From Eledone cirrhosa (taxonomy: Eukaryota), in NCBI GenBank assembly GCA_964016885.1, contig OZ024740.1, forward strand, positions 161,448,001 to 161,512,000: 64,000 nt of DNA. The letters run 5' to 3'. Numbering within the stretch: position 1 is the first letter of the stretch; each line of letters begins with the position of its first letter. Positions 28,872 through 41,690 of the stretch are shown one piece after another. A program made the position numbers and the translations under genes. Under the pieces are notes generated by a model. That model saw only the letters and a list, made by a program, of their open reading frames with translations, was not told where the DNA came from and did not search any database.

Positions 28872-28963
<92 letters not shown>

Positions 28964-29244
28964 CTATATATACACACACGCACACTCTCTGACACAAACA
29001 TTGTGTGTATGTATGTGCTTAGTGAGCTTTATTCATAAAGACAATGTATGTTTACATATATATATATATATATATATTTATACATAATGTATATAGATGT
29101 ATATACATATATAACTGTGTATACATATATGTATATATATATATATATATAAATATGTATACATATATATATATACACACGAATATATATACATATATAT
29201 TTCAATATATATATACATATATATATATACATATATATATATAC

Positions 29245-29279
<35 letters not shown>

Positions 29280-29315
29280 GATAGATATATATATACATAT
29301 ATATATATACACACT

Positions 29316-29363
<48 letters not shown>

Positions 29364-29423
29364 TATATATATTCATATATATGTGTATATATATATGTAT
29401 ATATATATGTGTATGTATATATA

Positions 29424-29468
<45 letters not shown>

Positions 29469-29516
29469 AATATATATATATTTATATACATTTATATATA
29501 CATTTACATATATATG

Positions 29517-29562
<46 letters not shown>

Positions 29563-29642
29563 CATATATACATACATATATATTTATATATACATACATA
29601 TATATATAAATACATATATACACACATACATACACACACACA

Positions 29643-29705
<63 letters not shown>
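28515..29705. repeat. Compound (TA)n/(TACA)n low-complexity region
   Basis: Interrupted TA-rich tracts over about 1.2 kb. Confidence 0.9.
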
Positions 29706-29707
<2 letters not shown>

Positions 29708-29973
29708 AATTCTGGCAATGAAATGTACATTATTGGAAAGTTTATCCAACTACATCGCTTTTTATGTATAACTGAACGACCATTATTAATCAGATATCCC
29801 TGACTTATTTCTATGTATGTGTGTATGTATGTAGGTAGGTCGGTGGGTATGTAGGTAGGTAAGTAGGTAGGTATGTAGGTAGGTCGGTCGGGGGGGTAGG
29901 TAGGTACGTACGTAAGGATGTACGTATAGATTGAAAATAGATACATAGACAGATATATGTATAATTGTGTGCA

Positions 29974-30023
<50 letters not shown>

Positions 30024-30799
30024 CTAAACCAAAAATCTCATTGTGGGGTGATGTAAGCTAGATCGGCTAAAATAAGTCGGTTTTTACTTATATAATTCCC
30101 CTACTCTGTTGTCTGGAGTTCAAGTAACAACATCGATACCTTTAAGACATTGGAATAACCAATATTTGAAGAATTTCAGTTTCTTCATAGGGAGAGAAAA
30201 TCTTTTTTAGGAATACGAGGATAAGTTGAATATATATCATACATGCCATGTTCTTGGTAGACCACATGGTGAACAATGTGTTACATCTCTGAATTACTAC
30301 ATGAATATATCCCACTTAATGTATTAGGTCAATACGACTGTCCTATATTGACGCTGAAAATAGCAGCCATATCTGTCTAAATCAGCTCAACAATGATGGA
30401 GCAGTCAATATTAATTTATAACTGCATGAAGCTAACTGTCTATAATAAGTAAGCATCTTAATGAAAGGATAAGATATATTGATAAATTATCTACTCAGAG
30501 AGTATGAGATACAAAAGAAGACAAAGCAAAAGAAAATATACGAGTCCACAGAATACCCGCGGAAGCCCTAAAGGATCTGAGAACCACTGAGAGTGAGATG
30601 GCCTGCGACACTGACAATATCAGTGAAGAAAAAGAAGACAGAATACTGGGATGAGGCAAGGGTAAAATAAAGAACCACCAGGCAAACCCTAATAAAAATA
30701 AAGATAAAAATGTTAATAAACAGGCAGGAGGTAGCCACTGGATAAATGCTAAGGCGAATAAGACTAGAATTAGTATTCTGTAAGTTCTACCGGCTGGCA

Positions 30800-31580
30800 G
30801 GGAAGGTGAGCCAGGCAGCAGTTTTGCACACTTAGGAATCCGTGTGAGCTGTGCCCAAACAGCTTATCCCAAACACTCCTGCCAAACCCAGCAGAGCAAA
30901 CAATACAGCACATAGAAGCATTTCCCAGGACAAATGCATAGGTTGCACGTACTGCCCCGATGAAGAGGAGACAGTAGGCAGAAGCAAGCAGTACTGACCG
31001 TAGCTGGGAAACAATAGTCTTTTTCAATCATTGCAGAAAAGATTGTGACACAGTTGACTAGGTTTCATCAGATACAAAGCCAAAGTCAGTCACATCAACA
31101 TTTGTGACCGCCATAAATAAAGGACCCAGGGTGGCCACTACTGATACCCACATAAATGTTATATCAGCGACCACCACTGACACCCTAAATATCTTACCAG
31201 TGCTACAACTAAATGTCAGATGCCTGGTAAGACTGACCAACATGAATAAGATCCCCTATCTAAGAGACCACAAGTAATCAAGCAATATACATGTCACTAA
31301 CTGGAACTTACCTGAGAGTTAACATAGAAGATGCAGAAATATACATAGAAAAGTATGTTGCATTTCGTACTGACAGGAGGGAGGGAACTAATGGTGGAAT
31401 TACTTTATACATCCGTGATGATGCCACACCATCAGTACTGTTGTCACATTCAACTATATCTGTGACACACTAATAGTACACATAAAGCAACTCAAAATGG
31501 TAATATGTGTCACATATCGGCTACGTGACGTCCCTAGTCATGATGACAAGTTTGACGATAGCCTAAGAATAATAGAAGGG
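30800..31580 (+). pseudogene. Degraded LINE remnant (AP-endonuclease N-terminus, CR1/L2/Jockey-group-like)
   Basis: LQLNVRCL near 31202 and SLTGTYL...AEIYIEKYVAFRTDR...GGITLYIR (31291-31473) resemble APE motifs I-III. Broken frames; boundaries approximate. Confidence 0.55.
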
Positions 31581-31882
31581 GGTATGCTTAAGAAGTCGAA
31601 CCATTCAAGTGGGTTAGAATCCCCAAGGCAAGAAGTCGGAAGGAAATTGAAAGAGATGAGGTAGAATGTAAAAAGTGGGAGAAGAAAGAAAATGGAAATA
31701 AAAGAATGATAAAGTTACTATAGTAATTTAATTGTCGCCAATTGTTTTGGATTTACTATCCATTATCAAGTGGGATCCTTGCAATAGGTGGCTTCAAGCA
31801 AACTACTACTACTACCACACACACACACACACACGCGCGCACACACGCACACACACACACACTCACACACACACACACACAT

Positions 31883-31923
<41 letters not shown>

Positions 31924-33023
31924 AATGATATCATTCACTAAAGAACCGATATATATATATATATATATATATAGTAATAATAATAAAATTGAAGACTAAA
32001 ATCCAAAGAGGGCTCGATAAGGAAAATATATATCAAATATATAAGAACCGTAGAGCAAATATTTATTAAAATAACAGATTAAAGTTTAAGCAAAGAATCG
32101 CTGCTTTCACCCTTAACGGGATCTTCTGAAACTAACAAAGTCAATCTGTAAACGCAGAACTGGATATTTCAAAATACGTTGCAACCGGAGGAAGACAGGA
32201 AGACGATACTTTGGTTCGTGGTAACGTTCGCTGGCAAAGAACGGGAAAAAACGAATAATACGTCATTAATAGGAGCGGTGAAAAACAATTACGCGCAAAG
32301 ACAAAACCACGTTTATGGTATAAAAGAGGTCGTAGACTAATGTTCTCTTAGGTGGTGCATAGAGACGTTCTCTGGCAATGAACGAAAAAAACCAAGTTAA
32401 TAAGTCATATGTGGAGCGTGGAGAACAATAGCACGCAAAGACAAAACCACGTAAATGGTATAGCAGAAATCGTAGACTAAAATTCTAACTAGGAGACCAA
32501 ATGAATCTCCGCTACAGAGTTAAGAACAAAGTAAATAAATACAATACAGAAGTAATAGAAACAAATAAATACATACACGCAAACAGATACGTACATACAC
32601 AAGCATACGCAAAACCTTACCATAGGTATACAAAACCACGCACATATAAATATGTGTGTGTGTGGTGCTTGTGTACAAATAAATAAATAATTATATAAAC
32701 GTATATAAGTAAATAAATACGTATATAACAAGCGCACACGCATACCTACATATAAATACACGAATGTTCGGAGACGTAAGTCAACTAAAACAAGAAGTAC
32801 ACATATACACACACCCACCATACGTACGAACCTGCATACTCACGCGGACGCAAAACTCTCGTATACACATAGCCAAACCCTAAATACCAGAATATGTAAA
32901 AATTACATACGCCAGAACAGTCAAATATACGTACGAGAAGGTATACATACCTTCACAAAACATACGGGTAATATATACTTACCTATGCAAATAAGTAAAG
33001 GAATATTCAAAGCATATACTAAC

Positions 33024-34828
33024 GCCGTGCACGTCCATTCCGACAAAACTGGCAACCTATATCAAGTGGAGCGCAGTACTTACCATCAACTACTACATAA
33101 TGCTGTAACTAAGGATTACCGTAAAACTAATCGGTGCGTCATCAATGAAATCAACGATGCTGGGTTTAAATCACATCTGATCTCAACATCCTGGACCGGA
33201 CCGAACCTCTGGACCCTATCTCTCCCCACTTTACCCTGAAGGATCACAAATCCAATTTTCCGAACAACCCCTCTATTCGGCTTATTAACCCTACGAAGTC
33301 CGATTTAGGTAGACTTAGTAAAACGATTCTTGATAGAATTATACCTGAAATTAGAAGTTTGGCCCCTCTCGCACTGTGGAACAATTCTTTCGCGGTGATT
33401 GATTGGTTCAACGGCATATGTAACAAGGAACATTGCCGTTTTATCCAATTCGACATCAACAATTACTACTCCTCCATCATTTTACCACTTCTCCTTAGAG
33501 CTATCAATTTCGCTAAAACACTCACAGTGGTTAAGGATTTTGAAGTTGATGTCATCCTTAATGCCCGAAAGTCGGTGATTAATTTCGACGACTCTATTTG
33601 GATTAAAAAATCCAATAGTACCCCATTCGACGTGAGTATGGGCGCCAGTGACTCTGCGGAGGTTACTGATCTTATTGGCCTTTTCCTTCTTTTCTCTATC
33701 AAGGACGAATTCCCCAACGCGGGCGGTGGTTTGTACCGTGACGATGGTCTTTTGACCATGACTAAGTGCGGACCTCGTGCTTGCGACAGGTTCAGAAAAG
33801 AACTCACAGCCTTCTTTAAAGGCTTCAACCTCTCTATACAAGTTGAGGCCAATCTCTCGGTCGTTAATTACCTCGACGTTACCCTTAATTTATTGAATGG
33901 GTTGTATTACCCGTATAGAAAGCCGAATGATACGCTTAATTACATAAGTAAGCATTCCAACCATCCTGCCAGCATAACCAAGAACCTGGTAAGAAACGTT
34001 TCGTTGAGGCTTTCCTGTCTTTCCACCAACGAGCGCATTTTCAACGACCATTCCACTTATTACAATGAAGCTCTTGTTCGAAGTGGATTTGTCGATAAGG
34101 TAGCATATACAGAGTACGAAAATAGACCTAGAAGAAATAGATCCCGTCGCATTTGTTGGTTGAACCCACCAAATAATATGGAGGTGGCCACACCATTAGC
34201 TAAGATCATTCTTTCCCTTATTACGAAGCATTTTCCCCCTACACGTAAATATAGTAAAATTTTTAATAGAAATACTATTAAAATTTCTTACTCTACGACT
34301 CCTAACCTTACACATAACATCACAGCTTCAAATTTAGCTAAACTACCTAGCCGTAGGAACACGTGCAACCCTGTAGTTAGTACTAACTGTAATTGTAGGA
34401 ATCGGGCTGATTGCCCCCTATCCGGGAAATGCCTCTCTAGTAACATTGTCTACAAATGTAAGGTTGTAACACCCACGTCCCGTAGGGCCTACATAGGGTT
34501 AACCGCCAATAGTTTCAAGCAGCGTCTTTACATGCATACCCATTCTTTTCGTTACCCTTTAAGAAGGAATATGACGTCACTTTCAGCTTATATCTGGAGT
34601 CTAAAAGACAACCACACCCAATATAAGTTACACTGGGAGATCCTAGCTAGGGAAAGATCGTATAACGGAAATAAAAGACCATGTGACCTCTGCGCCGCTG
34701 AGGCCCTGGAAATACTCTACGCCACAGACAACATCTTAAACAAAAAATCTGAGGCAATTTCGGCTTGTAAACATAAATTGCACAAAACTTTCCTGTATTA
34801 CAGCCCCACGTTATACCCTAACGGATAG
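33024..34828 (+). pseudogene. PLE RT plus GIY-YIG ORF (5'-truncated, one frameshift near 33167)
   Basis: SDKTGNLY; FTLKDHKSNFPNNPSIRLINPTKS; FDINNYYSSI; MGASDSAEV; LYRDDG; SNHP; CNCRNRADCPLSGKC; NIVYKC...YIGLT; CDLC. Confidence 0.9.
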
Positions 34829-35740
34829 CACGATCTATACGTGGATATTTTACGTCTTGATGTGGGAGGTTAGTATATGTTTTGAATATTCCTTTACTTA
34901 TTTGCATAGGTAAGTATATATTACCCGTATGTTTTGTGAAGGTATGTATACCTTCTCGTACGTATATTTGACTGTTCTGGCGTATGTAATTTTTACATAT
35001 TCTGGTATTTAGGGTTTGGCTATGTGTATACGAGAGTTTTGCGACCGCGTGAGTATGCAGGTTCGTACGTATGGTGGGTGTGTGTATATGTGTACTTCTT
35101 GTTTTAGTTGACTTACGTCTCCGAACATTCGTGTATTTATATGTAGGTATGCGTGTGCGCTTGTTATATACGTATTTATTTACTTATATACGTTTATATA
35201 ATTATTTATTTATTTGTACACAAGCACCACACACACACATATTTATATGTGCGTGGTTTTGTATACCTATGGTAAGGTTTTGCGTATGCTTGCGTATGTA
35301 CGTATCTGTTTGCGTGTATGTATTTATTTGTTACTATTACTTCTGTATTGTATTTATTTACTTTGTTCTTAACTCTGTAGCGGAGATTCATTTGGTCTCC
35401 TAGTTAGAATTTTAGTCTACGATTTCTGCTATACCATTTACGTGGTTTTGTCTTTGCGTGCTATTGTTCTCCACGCTCCACATATGACTTATTATCTTCG
35501 TTTTTCGTTCATTGCCAGAGAACGTCTCTATGCACCACCTAAGAGAACATTAGTCTACGACCTCTTTTATACCATAAACGTGGTTTTGTCTTTGCGCGTA
35601 ATTGTTTTTCACCGCTCCTATTAATGACGTATTATTCGTTTTTTCCCGTTCTTTGCGAGCGAACGTTACTACGAACCAAAGTATCGTCTTCCTGTCTTCC
35701 TCCGGTTGCAACGTATTTTGAAATATCCAGTTCTGCGTTT

Positions 35741-35816
35741 ACAGATTGACTTTGTTAGTTTCAGAAGATCCCGTTAAGGGTGAAAGCAGCGATTCTTTGC
35801 TTAAACTTTAATCTGT
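35741..35816 (+). ncRNA. Hammerhead-like motif with non-canonical core (mirror copy on minus strand at about 32074-32149)
   Basis: ACAGATT..AGTTT-CAGAAGA-T-CCC-GTTAA-GGG-T-GAAA-GCA..TGC-TT-AAACT..AATCTGT. Three stems are present, but U4 is A and the first stem II pair is U/U. Confidence 0.5.
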
Positions 35817-35823
35817 TATTTTA

Positions 35824-35903
<80 letters not shown>

Positions 35904-36104
35904 CAAAGTTTTTGATATGGAATGTGTTTGTTGTTATTTTATTTGTGCATATATTTATTTATTTATATTTATAACAACAAACACATAAACACACACTAGG
36001 GAACAAATATTGAATACAAAAATAAAAACATACACTCAAACACGAACGCACACACTAAATATTAAACATATACGCAAACGCATGCGCAGAGACAGAGACA
36101 AGAA

Positions 36105-36163
<59 letters not shown>

Positions 36164-36164
36164 A

Positions 36165-36443
36165 ATTAAAATGGCGTAGGCATTACAATGCAACAGTAGG
36201 AAATATAATAGTACCACTGATGATGTCACAGATGTGTGACGAAAGAACTTTGATAGACTATATATATATATATTTGCATCTGTATTTCAAACCGTTGTCA
36301 ATCAATAATAAACATTGATTGCCTGATAAATTAACTATAGAGATATAAAAGATACAGAAGCGAAAACCAACCCAAACCAAACAGTGAGTGGGTTCTGTTA
36401 CTATTTCTGGCAATATTATAACAATATGATCCTCCCCAAGTAT

Positions 36444-36450
<7 letters not shown>
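36165..36450 (+). mobile_element. Family A subfamily copy with HHR at 36212-36255
   Basis: TACCA-CTGATGA-T-GTCACA-GATG-TGTGAC-GAAA-GAAC-TT-TGATA. Ends AAGTATAACAAT-(AT)n. Preceded by (TAAA)n. Confidence 0.8.
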
Positions 36451-36495
<45 letters not shown>

Positions 36496-36503
<8 letters not shown>

Positions 36504-37084
36504 ATACTTTGGGAGGGTCATGTTGCCAATAAGAAACACACGCACCAGTTGCTTTCACTTCAATTTAATTTAATATATATTTATAAATTTACAAATTTAT
36601 AAATTTCTGGTTGGTTGGTTGGTTCCACAACCAGATAGTTGTTTATATATATATAGTCATAGTTCTTTCGTCACACACTCTGTGACCTCTTCAGTGACTG
36701 GGGATTTCTTTCTTCGTTTCTGTGCCTTTCCTTTCTTCTATCCTACGCCATTTTGTTTGTGACACACAAACAAAATGGCGTAGGATAGAAGAAAGGAAAG
36801 GCACAGAAACGAAGAAAGAAATCCCCAGTCACTGAAGAGGTCACAGAGTGTGTGACGAAAGAACTATGACTATATATATATAAACAACTATCTGGTTGTG
36901 GAACCAACCAACCAACCAGAAATTTATAAATTTGTAAATTTATAAATATATATTAAATTAAATTGAAGTGAAAGCAACTGGTGCGTGTGTTTCTTATTGG
37001 CAACATGACCCTCCCAAAGTATAACAATATCGGTTTCAACACACGATTTCAGATAAAGAATCTTGCTAAACAAATTCAGAAACG

Positions 37085-37088
<4 letters not shown>
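36496..37088 (+). mobile_element. Family A element forming a 535-bp palindrome, with an HHR on both strands
   Basis: 36496-36761 is the reverse complement of 36765-37030, with loop ACA. HHR AGTCA-CTGAAGA-G-GTCACA-GAGTG-TGTGAC-GAAA-GAAC-TA-TGACT at 36827-36871, mirrored at 36655-36699. Confidence 0.9.
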
Positions 37089-37135
<47 letters not shown>

Positions 37136-37560
37136 GAGAGGGGGAGGAAAATATGAATAAGATTTTTATTTTTTCCCATAATATATAAAATTTAAAGTTT
37201 GAGAAATATTGAAATATTTGTGAAATAACTTCACCGTAAGAATAAGATTTTGTTTATTCATCACTTGTATATGGAAAATATAAATATTATCAAAATGCAT
37301 TTCTCGTGTCCATTTCGAATGTATATGTGGGTATATCTGAATTTTTGAGAAAGGGACAGTGAAAGAGAGAGTGAGAGAGAGAGTATCTGTGTATATGTGA
37401 GAGAGAGGAATTAAGTATACGTAACACGCATGCGTTAGGTATCAGTATATTAAAGTCATTTGTGGGCCATATCTGGAATACGATATTTTCGCGTCTAGCT
37501 TTTATTAAGTTTTCGTGGTACAAGGAAATCGAAATAATTTTATTTCGATTTATCTATGCC

Positions 37561-37690
<130 letters not shown>

Positions 37691-37837
37691 CATATAATAT
37701 ACAGGCACTCGTATATAAATATATATATATGATGGCTGCCCCCTCGTTATCGAGTATGGTCATTGCACGAGAAAAAAAAAACGATAATAAAAACAATAAT
37801 AATAATAACAACAATAATAATAACGACAACAATAATA

Positions 37838-37955
37838 ATTGTTTCTACTTTTGGCACAAGGCCAGCAATTACCCAGTACTTTACTGGTACTTTATTTTAT
37901 CGACCCCGTAAGGATGAAAGGCAAAGTTAACCTCGGCGGGAATTGAACTCAGAAC
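37838..37955 (-). mobile_element. 5'-truncated tRNA-derived SINE with (TTA/TTG)n tail
   Basis: GGCACAAGGCCAGCAAT...ATCGACCCCGTAAGGATGAAAGGCAAAGTTAACCTCGGCGG. Confidence 0.8.
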
Positions 37956-38047
37956 AACAACAATAATAATAATATACATATATATATATATATACACACA
38001 CACGCACACACATAAGCATATCTACACACACACACACATGATATCAA

Positions 38048-41000
38048 TTAACAGCGCTGCGATCGAATGTGGCTTTTTAGCCCAGCCAATGATCTAAAAT
38101 GTCTTGCACAGAGTCGGCAACTAAAACATTCACTGGGAATAGCCGGCTGTGGTTGGAGTTCTTGTACTTTTGCATGTCGCTTGAGCCCGCCTGCTGATTT
38201 ACATTCTCTACCACATGCTTGGCAAGCATGATGACTTGCATCTCCAACAGCAGCCTGGTAGTCAACCACTGGTCTTACTTTATGACTGCGAAGATGACTT
38301 TCGAGTCCAGCTTTGCTTAGGCAGAGTCTCGCACAGACGCTGAATGTCAGCACCATAGGAGGACCCTCGCCGTCTGGAAATGCAACAGCAATGCCCTTCC
38401 TCATATCTCGCTTTACTTTCTCGTATGCGATTCGAGATGCCTCAAAGGCAACTTTCCCCTCATATACCGTCTTTCTCCATTTATTACGATCAGCAGCAGC
38501 ATTTTCCCATGTATCAGCAGACATGTTAGCGTCTTTCAAAGAGGCTTTCAAGGAATCCTTATACCTCTTTTTTGGTTTATGTGGAGGTCGTTTTCCTTTA
38601 ACTAACTCTCCATAAAAGAGTTGTTTTGGTATTCTAGAATCCTTCATCCTGGAAAGGTGACCACTCCAACGGAGTCTTTGCTTAAGCACAAGAGCTTCTA
38701 TACTGTCACACAGAGAGCTTTCCAAAATCTCAGCATCACTGATGTGGTCCCTCCAGTGAACGCCATGGATCCGTCTGAGACACATCTGATGGAAACGCTC
38801 CAATTGCTTAAGGTGGTGTCGATATATGACCCAGGTCTCGCAGGCATAAAAAAGAGAAGAGAACACACATGCCTTGTACACCATTACCTTTGTCTTCTTG
38901 CATATGTCTCGCCGACCCCAGAGTTGCCTTTCTAGCTTTCCGAAAGCATCACTTGCTGTCCTAATCCTGAGTAGGATTTCATTATCAAGGTTGCTGTATC
39001 GATTGACAGTACTTCCCAACTTCCCAGGTAGACTAACTGATCAACCACTCCAAGTCGTTTACCATACACATAGATATTTGGTTCACTGTACTGCTTACCA
39101 GGGGCAGGTTGGTACATGACGACGGTTTTCTTGAGACTGACAGTCAATCCTAGGGCAGTGCAAGCATCAGAAAATGCATTCAAAATGTGCTGCATATCAC
39201 TCTCTGTGTGCGCTACAAGATCGCAATCATCTGCATACAAGAGGTCTCTTATGATTGATGAAAATACTTTTGTTTTTGCAGCAAAGCGCTTGATGTTAAA
39301 TATGCTGCCTGAGGTTCGATATCGGATGTAAACACCATGCTCGCAATTCCTGAATGCAATATAGAAAACCATTGCAAAGTATATGGCAAACAGGGTCGGT
39401 GCTGGAATATCCCCCTACTTCACTCCATTTTTTACTGAGATAGGCTCCAATATGTTACCTCCAACATTAGCCCAAGCCTTCATGTCGTCATGGAAAGACC
39501 TAACCAAAGCAAGGAACTTATCAGGGCAACCAAGTTTCTGGAGAACCTTCCATAATGCATTTCTTTTAACAGTATCGAAAGCTTTTGTCAGATCGATAAA
39601 CACCTGATACAGATCCAAACCTTGTTCCATGCACTTATCCTGGAGCTGTCTAACTGAGAAGATCATATCAGTAGTGCCGCGTCCAGCACGAAAACCAGAT
39701 TGACTTTCAGGAAGAACACAATCTGCAATGTGTGTCAGCAGACGGTCCAGAAGCACCCTACATAAAACTTTCCCTATGACAGAAAGCAATGATATACCTC
39801 TGTAGTTCCCACAATCATTCCTGTTACCCTTTCCCTTGTACAAGACCACCATTACTGCATCTCTCCAGTCCTCAGGTACGGATTCATTAGCCTATATCCT
39901 GCCAAACAAAGAGTGAAGATGTTGCAGAAGTCTCTCACTACCATATTGTAGGAGCTCTGCATGTATGCCATCCATACCTGGAGACCTTCCTCTGTTCAGC
40001 TTCGAGATAGCCACTGCAACCTCCACAAGCGTCGAAGGTTCTGCGAGAGTTACTTTCACCAGACTTTCTGGAATGAGATTGAGGATATCTTCATTGACGA
40101 TAGACGGCTGATTCAAAAGTTCATGAAAGTGCTCTCGCCACCTTCGTAGAATTCCTTGTAAGTCACGAAGTTCTTTGCCATCCTTGCTGCGAAGCGGTGT
40201 CACCAGAGAAGAAGACGGTTCATAAACTTCACGCAAGAGACTGTACAACAGCTTTGTTATTGGAATCTGACGCAGTTTGTATCTCACCAGCCTTCTCACT
40301 CCACCACTGATCCTTCTTCTGAGAAAGACTCCGCCTAACACGTGATTTCACATCTTTGAGTTCCTTGTAAAACATATTCTTCTCCTGTGGTTTTGCCGTC
40401 AAGTAGCGTGACAGATCACGCCTCTTATCAGCCAACAAGTCTTCTATATGTTCATCATTCTCATTAAACCTGTCTTGATGTTTTCTCTGCACCAATCCCA
40501 GAACACGCCTGCCTACATCATAAACCGACTTTTTAAGGGTCGGCCAATCCTCACCAAGATCTGCAACCTGCATCTTTTCTGCAACTCGCATCTGTTCTCG
40601 CAATGTCCTCTTCAGATTTTTATCCCTAAGACGAGCAGCATTCAATCTTCTGGGCAGGGTAACACCAGGAGCCCGGATTTTACGTTTAGTGATTAGTTTC
40701 ACTTTTGCGCGTACCAGGCGGCGGTCCGTGCAGCACTCAGCTCCACGAAGAGCACGAGCACACTGCACATCCCGTCTGTCACGCATCCTGACAAGGACGT
40801 AGTCCAAAAGATGCCATTCCTTAGATGCAGGATGCATCCATGTAGTCTTAAATTTGTTCTTTTGTTGGAACATGGTGTTGGTAACACACAGATCCAGCTC
40901 CTCACACATCTGCAGCAGGAGCATACCATTGTTGTTACACTTTCCCACCCCATGCCTTCCGATTACATTCCATATGTTAAAATCCCTACCCATTCTAGCA

Positions 41001-41530
41001 TTAAAGTCACCAAGCACGATGACTTTGTCTGCCTGAAGGATATTTCTTAAAACACCTTTCAAGGTATGGTAAAAGGACACTTTTTCTTCATCGACAGAAT
41101 TCATAGTTGGAGCATACACACTCACCAGGGTCGCATATCTTCCTTTGTCCGGCGGAATTCTCATGGACATAAGACGCTCACTAATCCCCACAAGGAATTC
41201 TTCTACTTTATCTACAAGAACAGTCTTAACAGCAAATGCTACCTCAGCCTCTCTTCTGGTTCCTTTATCTCTTCCTTTCCAGAAGAATGTATATTCTCCA
41301 CAAAATTATGTAAGATCACCATCTCCAGCAAACCTCGTCTCAGATAAATCTACGATGTCAAGATCGTAACGTCGAAGCTCCTTTGCAACAAGAGCGGTCC
41401 CTCGTTCAGGACGCTCCAAGGAATCCCTGTCAAGCAGCGTCCGTACGTTCCAGCAGCCAAGACTAGATGCCTTGTGTTGCTCTATTACAGTGGCACGATG
41501 ACGAGCGGGCCCAGGCTGTGATAACCTGGG
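38048..41530 (-). mobile_element. RTE-clade LINE, near full ORF but frameshifted (APE, RT, C-terminal C2H2 fingers)
   Basis: GCWNVRTL, LSETR, SVYAPT, LGDFNAR, HLLDY (APE). NYRGISLL, QSGFR, FIDLTKAFD, LLYADD (RT). YACETW, RLRWSGHL and three C2H2-like motifs. Confidence 0.92.
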
Positions 41531-41600
41531 GCCCATGCCCTTATTGCCAATTATCTCTTTTATATTGTTTTGGAACATCATTGAATTGGGAAAGAAAATG

Positions 41601-41615
41601 AATAATAATAGTAAC

Positions 41616-41687
<72 letters not shown>
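41601..41687. repeat. (AAT)n microsatellite at the start of the retrotransposon array
   Basis: AAT run. Further runs at 46578-46630, 51166-51239, 56672-56698, 57197-57219 and 61722-61736 mark element junctions. Confidence 0.95.
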
Positions 41688-41690
41688 CAA

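Larger units (their letters stand above)
31974..35830 (+). mobile_element. Penelope-like retroelement, Nematis-like, 5'-truncated with long inverted terminal repeat
   Basis: 32060-33023 is the reverse complement of 34869-35830 (about 960 bp, few differences). RT and GIY-YIG lie between the arms. (TA)n on both sides. Confidence 0.9.

Noticed and set aside
32489-35403. Mirror-image 110-aa hydrophobic ORFs
   Set aside because: These are low-complexity TG/TA-rich UTR sequence duplicated by the inverted repeat.
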